A DNA stretch of 64,000 nt, from NCBI GenBank assembly GCA_963776475.1, contig CAVZMZ010000038.1, positions 16,741-80,740 of the forward strand, written 5' to 3'. Positions within the stretch are counted from its first letter, which is position 1; each line of letters begins with the position of its first letter. The DNA comes from an uncultured Chloroflexia bacterium. GTDB lineage: Bacteria > Chloroflexota > Anaerolineae > Anaerolineales > Villigracilaceae. Shown one piece after another: positions 29,836 through 40,779 of this stretch. The notes beneath the pieces are model-generated. The model was given only the letters and a program-made list of their open reading frames with translations, was not told where the DNA came from and searched no databases. The translations under genes were made by a program, and so were the position numbers.

Positions 29836-29985
29836 TAGGGCTATTTGATTGTTCGGGATGATACCACAGGTCATATCGTGAAGCAAGTAGAGATATTGGC
29901 CCATCCCCTTGCTCCCAGCTCAAGTCCCGCCTTTGTGAAAAACATGACCCAAAGCAGTGCTACAATTGGGCTGAGAGGAGATGCC

Positions 29986-30789
29986 GTGAATAAAAAACCT
30001 TTTGCCCCGAAATATTATCAGCTATTTGGTATTGCATTTCTACTCATTTTTGCGGGGGTATCCTGCCTGCCAACGTTCAGGACGCCTGCAGCCGCGCCCC
30101 TCATCCAGACGGTCGTCGTAGACCGCGAAGTTACCAGGGAAGTAACCGTTGAAGTGACCCAGATCGTTGAAATTCCCGTGACCCTCACGCCCACCCCGAC
30201 TCCGATTCCGATCGATACCCCCACTCCCACGCTTTCACCCACCAGCGCGGCCTCACCCACGATCACGCAAACACCCGTGCCCCCGGTGGTGTCGATCCTT
30301 GTGCATACCCAGTGCCTGTATGGTCCCGATCCCGTTTATCTCAACAAATACGAAATCCTGGCGAACAGTGCACAGTGGGTAATTGGGCGCAACCAGGATG
30401 GCACCTGGCTGCTCGTCGACGGTACCGACCACAAGACTCCCTGCTGGGTAAAAACCGGTATTGTAAAAGTGACGAATGGCATCCTTACCGAAGTTCCGGT
30501 TACGGATCCGGTGTTGTCGCCCTATTCCAGCCTCTATACTCCGCCGCAAGCCGTCAGCACTTTTCGGGCAGACAAGGACGTCACTATTTTCTGGCAGCCC
30601 ATCCCGATGACCGAAGCCGATTACCACGGTTATCTGATCGAAGCCTGGCTCTGCCAGGGAGGACAACTGGTTTTCACGCCGCTTAGTTATGAAACTTCCT
30701 TTGACCAGAATAGCTCCATGCTGGCGATTAAAGTTACCGGACGAAAGCGGCTGCCTCGAGCCGTCCAGCGCCCGCATTTATACTGTTGA
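29986..30789 (+). CDS. Secreted or lipoprotein-like hypothetical protein, paralog 1 of 3. It has a VT-rich periodic segment, a Pro/Thr linker and a Cys-containing, SH3b-like C-terminal domain.
   Basis: A probable GTG start at 29986 (GGAG upstream); the track ORF starts at 29845. The signal peptide is FGIAFLLIFAGVSC. The C-terminal domain is conserved with 30883.. and 31787.. Confidence 0.55.
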   Translation: MNKKPFAPKYYQLFGIAFLLIFAGVSCLPTFRTPAAAPLIQTVVVDREVTREVTVEVTQIVEIPVTLTPTPTPIPIDTPTPTLSPTSAASPTITQTPVPPVVSILVHTQCLYGPDPVYLNKYEILANSAQWVIGRNQDGTWLLVDGTDHKTPCWVKTGIVKVTNGILTEVPVTDPVLSPYSSLYTPPQAVSTFRADKDVTIFWQPIPMTEADYHGYLIEAWLCQGGQLVFTPLSYETSFDQNSSMLAIKVTGRKRLPRAVQRPHLYC

Positions 30790-30882
30790 TAACCAGGGCT
30801 ATTCCAACTGGAAGCAAGTCCCCTGGCCAGCCTGGCCAGCACCCTCGCCTGCACCAACAGCAACTTAATAAAAGGACGACGA

Positions 30883-31755
30883 TTGAATTTAATGGTTCGC
30901 CCAGTTGCATTGAAATACTTTATTAATTTCCTGGTCGGTTGCTTGCTCATTTTCGGTGCTGTCGCCTGTGCCTCGCCGGCGGCTCCAACCACACCTGAGC
31001 CCCGGATGGTTGAAGTCACCCGGGTCGAAACGCGCGTGGTGACCTCTGAGGTGACACGCGTGCTGGAAGTCTCCATCACGAACACGCCCACACCAACCCC
31101 GGTCGAGATCGCCACCCTCACTGAAACCCCCACCCTGACTCGCGTTCTTTCGCCCACTCCAACCCTGGAGTTGCCGAGGGTGAGTATCCTCGAACAATCC
31201 CCATGCATGTACGGGCCCGGCTCGGCTTATCTTTTCAAGTACGGGTTGAACGCCACAGTTTGGATGCGCGTGATCGGGCGCAACGAAGATGGATCCTGGC
31301 TGCTCGTCAGGGCCGGCAACGACCAAGATTCGAACGCCTGCTGGATCGAAGCCACGCGGGTCAAGTTCCTCTCGGGGGAGATCAAAAATGTCCCGGTCTT
31401 CTGGATCGGCTTGCCTTATTCGACCCTGTACCTGCCCCCGGCAGAGATCAGCGCCAACCGCGTGGGGAACGAAGTCACCATCTTCTGGTCGCCGGTCGAT
31501 ATGACCGAGGATGATTACCGCGGTTACCTGGTCGAGGCCTGGGTCTGCCAGGGCGGCAAACAGGTGCTCGTCCCGATCAAATACGAGACAACTTTCGACC
31601 AGAACAATTCCATGATCTCGGTCAAGGTGACGGATGAACCCGGCTGTGACGTGCCCTCACGCGCCCGCCTGTATACGGCTGAAAAACATGGTTATACCAA
31701 TTACCGCATGGTCCCCTGGCCGGGGCTCGAACAGACGGCCACGCCCGCGCCTTGA
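30883..31755 (+). CDS. Secreted or lipoprotein-like hypothetical protein, paralog 2 of 3.
   Basis: The signal plus lipobox GAVAC; VEVTRVETRVVTSEVTRV; a Pro/Thr linker; the conserved C-terminal domain (CMYGPG...ACW...EAWVCQGG). Confidence 0.6.
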   Translation: MNLMVRPVALKYFINFLVGCLLIFGAVACASPAAPTTPEPRMVEVTRVETRVVTSEVTRVLEVSITNTPTPTPVEIATLTETPTLTRVLSPTPTLELPRVSILEQSPCMYGPGSAYLFKYGLNATVWMRVIGRNEDGSWLLVRAGNDQDSNACWIEATRVKFLSGEIKNVPVFWIGLPYSTLYLPPAEISANRVGNEVTIFWSPVDMTEDDYRGYLVEAWVCQGGKQVLVPIKYETTFDQNNSMISVKVTDEPGCDVPSRARLYTAEKHGYTNYRMVPWPGLEQTATPAP

Positions 31756-31786
31756 TCATCTCCCTGCTCACTTACGCCAGGATCTT

Positions 31787-32617
31787 ATGAACGAACGGAA
31801 AACCCTTTTGAAGACCTACCAGGCTTGCATGCTCTTTTTGCTGCTGGTTATCGCCGGCAGCGCCTGTTCCTCCCTGGGGTTGAATTCAGCCGATGCGCCA
31901 GCTGTCCCACCCATCCAGGTAACGCAAGTGATCACCCGGGTGGTCACCCAGGATGTGACCCAGGAAGTGACCAGGATCGTAGAAGTGCCTGTGACCGTTA
32001 CACCTGCGCCCACCCTGGAATTTACCTCTACACCCGAAATCTCCACGACCGGCTCGACCGAACTGCCATTGGCCTCGATCCTGGTATATTCCGACTGCCT
32101 GTACGGTCCGGGAACCTTCTACCTGTATAAGACCAGCATAGCCGCTGGCAGCCAAATGGAGGCAGTGGGGCGAAACCAGGATGGCACCTGGATCAATGTA
32201 GAGGATGTGAATGGCTGGAATGCCTGCTGGATCCCGGTCAACCAGGCCGAACTCAGCCGCGGCAGCGTCAATGACCTGCCGCTCGTTTCCACCGTCCTGC
32301 CGATTACCCGCTACGATTACAGTTCCCCATCAGCAATCGCACGGCGGTCCGGGAACGAGGTGACCGTAAGCTGGAAGGCCGTATGGATGTCCACGGATGA
32401 GGTGCGCGGATACTTGATCGAAGCATGGGTCTGTCAGGATGGGAAATATATCTATCTCCCGGTCTTTGTCAGTACCACGTATGATGAGAATGTAGGCACG
32501 ATATCGGTCAAGATCAGGGATGAGGCGGGCTGCGCAGAAACTCCCAGCGCCCGGATTGCCTCGGCCGGAATGCGCGGGTATACCTTGTGGGAGAAGATCT
32601 TCTGGCCCCCTTATTAG
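31787..32617 (+). CDS. Secreted or lipoprotein-like hypothetical protein, paralog 3 of 3.
   Basis: The signal plus lipobox IAGSAC; VTQVITRVVTQDVTQEVTRIVEV; the conserved C-terminal domain. Confidence 0.6.
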   Translation: MNERKTLLKTYQACMLFLLLVIAGSACSSLGLNSADAPAVPPIQVTQVITRVVTQDVTQEVTRIVEVPVTVTPAPTLEFTSTPEISTTGSTELPLASILVYSDCLYGPGTFYLYKTSIAAGSQMEAVGRNQDGTWINVEDVNGWNACWIPVNQAELSRGSVNDLPLVSTVLPITRYDYSSPSAIARRSGNEVTVSWKAVWMSTDEVRGYLIEAWVCQDGKYIYLPVFVSTTYDENVGTISVKIRDEAGCAETPSARIASAGMRGYTLWEKIFWPPY

Positions 32618-32766
32618 CAGGTCCAGGCTGCAACCAGCCTTCCAGCGCCCACATGCATACTGCCGAGAAACGCAGTTATTTTGGAGAATGGTTTTTTTTG
32701 GCCGTGAAATGAACGGCCAGTTGGTGACTCAAAAATTTCTACCTGGATATTTCAAAAGGAACCACT

Positions 32767-34185
32767 ATGCCTGGCTACTCGGAATTCGTTCAGAAATACC
32801 CCTCTTACGATCAGACCCACGATCTCGACGAGCTGCGTGAGCGGGATTATTCCCGTCTCGACCGGCTTGGCCAGATCTACCTGGACTATACCGGCGGCGG
32901 GTTGTACGCCGAGTCGCAGTTGCGTGCCCACCAGCGGATCCTGGACGAAAATGTCTTCGGCAACCCGCATTCTTCCAACCCGACTTCCCAGGCCGCCACG
33001 CGCATGATCGAAAGCACCCGCCAGACCATCCTGCAGTTTTTCAACGCAGACCCGGCTGAGTACACCGTCATCTTCACGCTGAATGCCAGCGGAGCATTAA
33101 AACTGGTTGGAGAATCCTATCCTTTCGGTCCAGGTTCCCACTACCTGCTGACTTTCGATAACCATAACTCGGTCAATGGGATCCGGGAATATGCACATGC
33201 CCGGGGCGCCGAAGTAACGTACCTCCCGGTGGCGTTGCCGGATATCCGCGTGGACACGCAATCCCTGGATGCCGCCCTGGACCTGGGAAATCATCCAAAC
33301 GGAGGGAAACAGCCGACGGCAGAACACAACCTGTTCGCGTATCCGGCCCAATCCAATTTCTCCTCGGTAGTCCATCCGTTGGAGTGGATCGAGCGTGCGC
33401 ATGCCAAAGGCTGGGATGTTCTGCTGGATGCAGCTGCCTTTGCACCCACCAATCCGCTGGACCTTTCCAAATATAAGCCGGACTTTGTACCGCTCTCTTT
33501 TTATAAAATCTTCGGCTACCCGACCGGCATCGGGGCCTTGCTGGCTCGGCGTGAAACCCTGAAAAAGTTACAACGCCCCTGGTTTGCCGGTGGAACGATC
33601 ACGGTCGCCTCGGTCCAGGGTGATAAATATTACCTGGCCGAAGCTCCGGCTGCTTTTGAGGATGGCACCCTGGATTACCTCAACATCCCGGCGGTGGAGA
33701 TTGGGCTGAAGCATATCCAGTCCATCGGTTACGATACCATTCATGAACGGGTGCGCTGCCTTACCGGCTGGCTGTTGGACAATCTATCGGCAATGAAGCA
33801 TAAAAATGGCCAGCCCTTGGTGCGAATTTACGGGCCGTTGGACTCGGTCAGGCGCGGTGGGGCAGTGACCGCCAACTTTTTTAATAAGGAAGGCGGGCCA
33901 ATCGACCACCGATTCATCGAGGCGCAGGCCAACCAATCCAACATCTCCCTGCGGACCGGCTGCTTCTGCAACCCCGGGGCGGGTGAGATTGCCCTGGGTA
34001 TTTCAAGGATGGAACTGGCCGCCTGCTTCACGAGCCCGGGCCACGACCAGCGTTTGAGCCTGGATGATTTCCGTATCTGCATAGATGGCAAATCTTCCGG
34101 AGCAGTGCGCGCGTCTGTCGGAATGGTCAGCAATTTTGAGGACGTGCAGGGCTTTTTGACGTTTGCAGAAAGTCTGCTTGAATAG
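32767..34185 (+). CDS. Class V aminotransferase-fold PLP-dependent enzyme, resembling the N-terminal domain of molybdenum-cofactor sulfurase.
   Basis: YLDYTGGGLYAESQ and a fold-type I pattern, 472 aa. Confidence 0.65.
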   Translation: MPGYSEFVQKYPSYDQTHDLDELRERDYSRLDRLGQIYLDYTGGGLYAESQLRAHQRILDENVFGNPHSSNPTSQAATRMIESTRQTILQFFNADPAEYTVIFTLNASGALKLVGESYPFGPGSHYLLTFDNHNSVNGIREYAHARGAEVTYLPVALPDIRVDTQSLDAALDLGNHPNGGKQPTAEHNLFAYPAQSNFSSVVHPLEWIERAHAKGWDVLLDAAAFAPTNPLDLSKYKPDFVPLSFYKIFGYPTGIGALLARRETLKKLQRPWFAGGTITVASVQGDKYYLAEAPAAFEDGTLDYLNIPAVEIGLKHIQSIGYDTIHERVRCLTGWLLDNLSAMKHKNGQPLVRIYGPLDSVRRGGAVTANFFNKEGGPIDHRFIEAQANQSNISLRTGCFCNPGAGEIALGISRMELAACFTSPGHDQRLSLDDFRICIDGKSSGAVRASVGMVSNFEDVQGFLTFAESLLE

Positions 34186-34199
34186 GCCAAATAAGGATT

Positions 34200-34400
34200 T
34201 TGAGCATGCCTGTCCCCACCCGTACTCAAATCCATCCCGGCCTGCGGGTCCGGATCGTCCTGAAGCAGGACCAGCCGACTGGCAAGCTGACCGAGGGGAT
34301 TGTCAAAGATATCCTTACCAGCTCGCCTACGCACCCGCACGGCATCAAGGTCCGATTGATGGATGGGCAGGTTGGGCGGGTGAAGGAAATTGTTGGCTAA
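34200..34400 (+). CDS. YwbE/DUF2196 family small protein.
   Basis: A 66-aa protein ending in GKLTEGIVKDILT...HPHGIKVRL.DGQVGRVKEI. Confidence 0.6.
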   Translation: MSMPVPTRTQIHPGLRVRIVLKQDQPTGKLTEGIVKDILTSSPTHPHGIKVRLMDGQVGRVKEIVG

Positions 34401-34485
34401 ACGCTAATGAAATTGATATACGATTTCCGGATGTGTATTGTAAAATGACAGGGAAGCATCATACTATTTTAAGGAGAGGAATTTA

Positions 34486-35275
34486 ATGAATACTTCCCGT
34501 AAGTTTTGGCTTGTCCTGGTCGGAGCTGTGCTGGGGATGGTTTTAATTGCCTGTTCGTGTGGCTCATTAATTCCAACCCCCACGCCAGTGCCCCTGCCGA
34601 CAGCCACCTTGCCGCCGGTTCCGACCGGCATTACCGAGCCAGAGTCCCAGCCTGGCCGGATACTGGTTGGATGCGGAAACGAATGATGTGCATACCATCG
34701 CATGGCAAAACGGTGAGTACGTGGTCACTTCGTCTGCTTCACCGGACGACACGCTTACCATCACCGGCCAATCCTGGTCGAATGGCACGCTCACCTGGAC
34801 CTATGCTGTCCAATCCACCGGTGTATCGGTCACCTTCTCAACCTCGTCGGCCAGCTCTGACAGCCTGTATACAAACTGGTCGAACAGTAACGGAAACTCG
34901 GGCACCGAGACTCTGCAGCGCGTGTCTTCGCCAATCCCGCCTCAGAGTGTCGCCCCATAGCCACTTGCCACACAGCCACCGGCGCAAGGCAACATAGCCG
35001 GACGTTGGAAAGATCCGGATACTACCGGCACCGTTACCACTATCATTGCGGTGGACGGTGGATATGCGGTCGAATCCGTGATTAACCCGGATCGTGGTGG
35101 GAATGAGCTTACGAAAACAGACTGGTCGAACGGTGTATTGACCTGGACGTACTGCATCCCCGGAGGAAACTGCCTTACCAGTGCAACAGTATCCCTGGAG
35201 GGTGACAGTTTATTTACGACCTGGACAGATGACCGGGGATACTCCGGAACAACGACCTTCGAAAGACTGCCATAA
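34486..35275 (+). pseudogene. Fragmented lipoprotein gene. It has a signal peptide plus lipobox, then two copies of a ~75-aa beta-rich repeat. It is interrupted by a +1 frameshift near 34650 and an in-frame TAG at 34958.
   Basis: The pieces are 34486..34686 (frame 1, MNTSRKFWLVLVGAVLGMVLIACSCG), 34667..34960 and 35051..35275. The last two are in the same frame, separated only by the TAG. Repeat motif: WSNGxLTWTY...SLxTxWxxxxGxSGT. Confidence 0.4.
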
Positions 35276-35606
35276 GCCTGATCAACGGTTTCATACAAAA
35301 TGCCCTGAGGAAAGCCCATTCTCAGGGCAGATTTTTAACTAATTTTTGTCCATCCTGGCTAAAGAGGCAATATGAAACTTATCCAAATTCTTGCGTTTCC
35401 TCTTAACCATTGCTATACTAAAAGTGCATGTGTGTATGGGTGAACCGAAATCCTGTCAAATAAAAAAACCATCCGGTTCTGGCGGGTTTACGATCCGCTC
35501 GAGCGCGAGGCCGCGATCAAAGTTCTGCTGCACGGGATGTTGCACGACGTGCAGATCCGCTGAGCATATTTTAAGGCTGGGAAGGTAAGTTTCAGGAGAG
35601 AAACCT

Positions 35607-36831
35607 ATGAAGATTCGCTCCATCACGTACTTCTGTAATCCCGGTTGGCCGCTAGACGAGTCGGAGATCGAATGGGCAGGGAAATTCCTTAGCGATGCAA
35701 CGGCTGCATATAAGGCTGCCGGGTTCGAGGTCGAAGTCAACCCGGCTGGCGACTGTGCCCTTTTTGCAGATGCTCGGTGCAGACAAAATCGATGAAACAC
35801 CCAGGCTGGCAGAACAAGTCGCCGCAGCGATCCAATCTGCCGGGATCGCTTACGCTGCACTGGGACCGGCTCAACCCGAGGTTCTGGAAAGTTTTGCCGT
35901 CATCCCCGAGGCCATTGCCGCCGCCGAAAATATTTTCTTCTCCGGTACAGTGGCAGATGCCCGGTTCGGGATTTCCATGCCTGCCTTACAAGCCTGTGCG
36001 AACGTCATTACCCGCTGCAGCCGCATCACTCCGGATGGCTTTGGCAACCTGCGCTTTGCCGCACTGGCGAATGTCAAGCCGGGATCACCCTTCTTCCCGG
36101 CTGCCTACCACGGCCATGATGATCCGGTTTTTTCAATTGCAACTGAAGCAGCAGATCTGGCCTTGCAGGTTTTTACCAAAGCCCGCTCAGTAACCGATGG
36201 CCAATGGATGCTTGCTTCTGAGATCGAAAAATACGGCAAAGAGCTGGCCGTGGTCGGTGATGAGCTCGGTCGCAGCGCCTCGATCGTGTTTGGTGGGATT
36301 GACTTCTCCCTTGCACCTTTCCCGTCTGAATCTGCCTCAATCGGCGCGGCCATGGAGAGGTTGGGGGTGCCGAAGGCCGGATTGCATGGTTCATTGGCGG
36401 CTGCGGCAATCCTGACGGAAATTGTTGAGCGCGCTCGATTTTCTGGAACCGGGTTCAATGGATTGATGCTGCCGGTCCTGGAAGATTCGTTCCTGGCCCA
36501 GCGGGCGGCCGAGGGGACGTTGACTGTCAAAGATTTATTGCTATATTCGGCTGTGTGTGGCACCGGGCTGGATACGGTCCCGTTACCGGGCGATACCACC
36601 CCGGACCAAATTGCTGCCTTATTGCTTGACCTTTCCGCAATGTCGCTGCGTTTGAATAAACCTCTCACGGCGCGGTTGATGCCAATCCCGGGGAAAAAGG
36701 CCGGAGATCCAACCAATTTCAATTTTGAATATTTCGCAAACAGCCGGGTCATGGCGCTGGAGGCCGAGCCACTGAAACCGCCCCTCTCCGAATCAAGGCG
36801 TTTCACATTGGCTCCTCACCATTCGCACTGA
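35607..36831 (+). CDS. DUF711 (UPF0210) family protein with an apparent frameshift in a T5 run near 35763.
   Basis: The N-terminus MKIRSITYF is in one frame (ORF 35607..35795). The remainder follows from ...QMLGADKIDETP in the next frame (ORF 35695..36831). Confidence 0.6.
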
Positions 36832-36862
36832 GTGAAGCAGGTTGGCAGTATAATCTACCCGT

Positions 36863-38074
36863 ATGACAATCCTCACCGGCAAGCACATCCTGCTCGGCGT
36901 CACCGGCTCCATCGCCGTATATAAATCCTGTGAACTGGCGTCGAAATTGACTCAGGCCGGCGCCCAGGTGGATGTGATCCTTACCCCGGCTGCCGAAAAA
37001 TTTGTCACGCCGCTTACTTTCCAGTCCGTAACTGGCCGCAAGGCATTCTCTGAAGCTGATTTGTGGGGAGGGCAGGCACATGTCCTGCATGTCGGGCTCG
37101 GGCATAGCGCCGACTTGCTGGTCATTGCTCCGTGCACTGCGAACACGCTTGGTAAATTAGCACATGGGATTGCCGATAATTTGCTTACCATCACTGCACT
37201 GGCAGCCCGCTGTCCTTTGCTGGTCGCGCCGGCCATGGATGTGGGGATCTACACCCATCCTGCCACGCAGGACAATGTTCGAATCCTTGCGGAGCGTGGT
37301 GTTTATTTTGCCGGTCCCGCCGAGGGGCGCATGGCCTCCGGGTTGGAGGGCAAAGGCCGCTTTCTGGAACCGATCGAATTGTTGGGCCATATCCGTCTTG
37401 CGCTGGGCAGGGATGGCCAGTTGGCTCACAAAACGATCGTCGTCACTGCCGGAGGAACTCAGGAAGCGCTTGATCCGGCGCGTGTATTGACCAACAGATC
37501 TTCCGGAAAACAGGGTTACGCCCTGGCCCAGGCCGCGCTTGACGCGGGCGCAACCGTCGTCCTGATCAGCGCGCCGACGGCACTAACCCCGCCGGTGGGA
37601 ACACGGTTTATCGCTGTTACCACTGCCCAGCAGATGCTGGAAGCCGTCCTGGCCGAGTCAGCCCGGGCAGATGCACTCATTATGGCTGCGGCAGTGGCCG
37701 ATTTCCGCCCGCAGCGGGTTGAAAAAACCAAGCTAAAAAAGCGGGATGGTATTCCGCAGGTCGAGCTGGAGGCTGCCCCGGATGTTCTGGCGGCTGTGTC
37801 GGGTATGGGCTCCAGCAGGCCGCGGGTGGTTATTGGGTTTGCCGCTGAAAGCCGGGACCTGCTCGAAAATGCAGAGGCAAAGCTAAAGGCCAAGAATCTG
37901 GACATGATTGCCGCCAACGATATTTCCGCTCCGGATTCCGGCTTTGGTGTGGATACGAACCATGTCACCCTGCTGTTTTCTGACGAAATGAAACAACCCC
38001 TGCCATTGATGAGTAAGTCAGAAGTGGCAGAGACAATCATCGCCCGTTTAACAATGCTGCTGGAGAACAAATGA
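36863..38074 (+). CDS. coaBC: Bifunctional phosphopantothenoylcysteine decarboxylase / phosphopantothenate-cysteine ligase.
   Basis: A flavoprotein N-domain (LLGVTGSIAVYKS) and a C-terminal DFP ligase domain, ~400 aa. Confidence 0.9.
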   Translation: MTILTGKHILLGVTGSIAVYKSCELASKLTQAGAQVDVILTPAAEKFVTPLTFQSVTGRKAFSEADLWGGQAHVLHVGLGHSADLLVIAPCTANTLGKLAHGIADNLLTITALAARCPLLVAPAMDVGIYTHPATQDNVRILAERGVYFAGPAEGRMASGLEGKGRFLEPIELLGHIRLALGRDGQLAHKTIVVTAGGTQEALDPARVLTNRSSGKQGYALAQAALDAGATVVLISAPTALTPPVGTRFIAVTTAQQMLEAVLAESARADALIMAAAVADFRPQRVEKTKLKKRDGIPQVELEAAPDVLAAVSGMGSSRPRVVIGFAAESRDLLENAEAKLKAKNLDMIAANDISAPDSGFGVDTNHVTLLFSDEMKQPLPLMSKSEVAETIIARLTMLLENK

Positions 38075-38806
38075 CAAGAGTGCTGGTAATTTCCGACATA
38101 CATGCCAATATCACCGCGCTCGAGGCTGTCCTGGCTGACGCCGGAAACGTGGACGAGGTTTGGTGCCTGGGTGACATTGCAGGATACGGCCCGGATCCAA
38201 ACGAATGTATCCAACGCATCCGGGCCTTGCCGCAACCAACCTGTATGATGGGCAACCACGATTATGCCGCCATTGGTGATATGGCGCTTGAAACATTTAA
38301 TATCGACGCCAAAAAGGCTCTTCTCTGGCAACGCAACGTACTAACAGATTCGAGCAAGAATTTTCTGCACACGTTTTTGCAGGAACCGAAGGTGTGCGGA
38401 GAAGTTACCCTGGTGCATGGCAGCCCGCGCGACCCGATCTGGGAATACATTATGAATACACTGGTGGCACGGATTAACCTGGACCATTTTGAAACCCCCT
38501 GGTGTTTTGTTGGTCATTCGCATTTTCAGGCGGTTTTCAAACACCATTCTGAAACCGATGAGATGTCCATTGAGGTGCCTGGCGCGGGCGAACAATATGA
38601 GATAAATCAACGAGGCTATATTGAATCCCGGCTCAGTGGGTCAGCCGCGCGACCGGGACCCTCGAGCGGCTTATGCAATATTCAATCCCGAAGCCAAAAT
38701 TTGGGAGCCGCGCCGGGTGGAATATGATATTAAATCAGTGCAGCAGCGCATCCTGGATGCCGGCCTACCGCCGCGGCATGCCGAGCGTTTGGCTGGGGGC
38801 TGGTAA
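38071..38806 (+). CDS. YfcE-like metallophosphoesterase with an apparent frameshift near 38605-38620.
   Basis: The N-terminal motifs VISDIHAN, GDIAGYGP and GNHD. The C-terminal NPGSVGQPRDRDPRAAYAIF is in the adjacent frame (ORF 38621..38806). Confidence 0.7.
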
Positions 38807-38936
38807 AGAAGCTGGTCAGGAGTTGAAGGGGGTACTTGCCATCGCAGCAAGGTTCCAGGTTGGGAGGAACATATACCGGATGCAGAGCGTCTAGGAAGGA
38901 GACCAACCTTACACTCTGTATTGAGGAGAAGCAGCC

Positions 38937-39904
38937 ATGAAGAAAAAATCGTTTTCATTTTTGTAGTTCTGATTATGGTACTGACCGCCTGCGGTGCAAA
39001 ATCCGCTTCCACACCCTCCCCGGCCGCAATCGCACCGGACATGCGCGCAAACGGTACAGGCGGCGTAACCAATGAGGCGGTCCCTGGACTGGCGCCGGCC
39101 CCTTCAGTGGATGGTTACACTGGCAAGTCAACTACCAGCACGGCAGTGACCCAGGAACGGATGGTCACTATGACTGTAGACTTGAGTATCGTGGTTGCCG
39201 ACCCACAGAAAAAGATGGATGCCATCAATCAGATGGCCAAAGACCTGGGCGGCTACCTTCTCTCAATGAACATGTCCCAGGTTTATGCATCGAATGGTGA
39301 GACCGTCCCGCAAGGGAGTATTTCCATCCGTGTCCCTTCCGCGAAACTGGATGATGCCCTGAGCCAGATCAAAACGGGTGTGGTGGATGTGCCGAGCGAT
39401 AACCGTTCCGGCCAGGATGTGACCTCCCAATATGTCGATCTGCAAAGCCAGCTGACCAACCTGCAGAAGGCCGAGCAGGATCTCCAGGCCATCATGGATG
39501 AGGCGAAGAACAACTCCGGCAACGACACCACCACCAAGACCCAGGATGTGCTGAACGTCTACAGCCAGATCGTCAGCATCCGCGGGCAGATCGAGCAAAT
39601 CACGGGGCAGATGAAATACCTTGAAGAGACCACCTCAACCTCGGCAATCAATGTGACTCTGATCGCTGAGCAAACCATCCAGCCGATTGAAATTGGCGGA
39701 TGGAAACCACAAGGCGTGGCGCGCGACGCTGTGCAGGCGCTGGTCAAATTCCTGCAAGGGTTCGTGAACTTCATCATCTACCTTGTGTTGCTCGTCCTGC
39801 CGATCCTGATCGTAGTCTTTGGGCCGATAGCTCTGGTCATCTGGGGCATCCTTGCCCTGGTCAAGAGTCGCAAGGCAAAGAAAGCCGCCGCCCTGGCGAA
39901 ATAA
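38937..39904 (+). CDS. DUF4349 domain lipoprotein with an apparent frameshift in the A6 run right after the start.
   Basis: The ATG at 38937 follows GAGGAG and reads MKKK; a shift then gives VFIFVVLIMVLTACG. There is a coiled-coil middle and a C-terminal TM helix with KSRKAKK. Confidence 0.6.
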
Positions 39905-40006
39905 GATCCAACCTGAAAACCAAGTCCATAACCGGGCGCAGACTCAACGGCTGCGCCCGGCCTTTTTGTATTGATGGATATCAGCGGATGTTATAATCCT
40001 TAAGAT

Positions 40007-40717
40007 ATGGAGAACGTTGTTCATGCCGCCCAGCAACTCTTCGGCATCCGCCTGACCGGGCGGCAGGTGGCAGCACTCATAAAGTTTGAGAATGAACTCC
40101 TGATTTGGAACGAAAGATTCAACCTGACAGCCATCCGCGATTCAGAGGGGATCCGCACCAAACACTTCCTGGATTCTTTTTCATGCTCACTGGCCTGGAA
40201 GGACAACCCGCCCAAACGGCTGATCGACGTGGGCACCGGGGCAGGTTTTCCAGGTATCCCGTTAAAGATCCTCTATCCATCCATGGCATTGACGCTGGTC
40301 GAATCGGTTGGCAAGAAGGCCGCCTTTTGCCGCCATATGGTCGAGGTTCTGAAGTTGGAGACGGTCGAGGTGCTTACTGCCCGCGCCGAAGAATTGGGAC
40401 AACTGCCTGTTTACCGCGAGACCTACGATTGGGCTGTGGCGCGTGCCGTGGCAGCCCTGCCGGTACTGGCAGAATATCTCCTGCCGCTTGCAAAAGTGGG
40501 CGGACGGATGCTGGCTCAGAAAGGTCATAGTGGGCCAGCCGAAGCGCATAGCTCGGAACAGGCGTTGAAGCTCCTGGGTGGGCGGATTCGAAACCTGCTG
40601 GCGGTGACCTTGCCAGGAGTGGCGGAAGAACGTTATCTTGTGGTGATCGACAAAGTAGCGGCAACGCCTCCCCAATACCCTCGCAAACCGGGTTTCCCGG
40701 CTAAAAAACCGCTGTAA
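40007..40717 (+). CDS. rsmG: 16S rRNA (guanine527-N7)-methyltransferase.
   Basis: A GidB-family sequence with the SAM-binding DVGTGAGFPGIPL. Confidence 0.85.
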   Translation: MENVVHAAQQLFGIRLTGRQVAALIKFENELLIWNERFNLTAIRDSEGIRTKHFLDSFSCSLAWKDNPPKRLIDVGTGAGFPGIPLKILYPSMALTLVESVGKKAAFCRHMVEVLKLETVEVLTARAEELGQLPVYRETYDWAVARAVAALPVLAEYLLPLAKVGGRMLAQKGHSGPAEAHSSEQALKLLGGRIRNLLAVTLPGVAEERYLVVIDKVAATPPQYPRKPGFPAKKPL

Positions 40718-40779
40718 GCGCAACACCTACTCTAAAACCTCTTCGATCCAGTACTCTCTCCCCCCCGTTTCTCTTTTCA

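Noticed and set aside
32690-32730. A T8 run followed by the GGCCGTGAAATGAACGGCC hairpin, considered as a terminator.
   Set aside because: The T-tract precedes rather than follows the stem on the + strand, and on the minus strand it would be an A-tract. It is therefore not a canonical intrinsic terminator in either direction.
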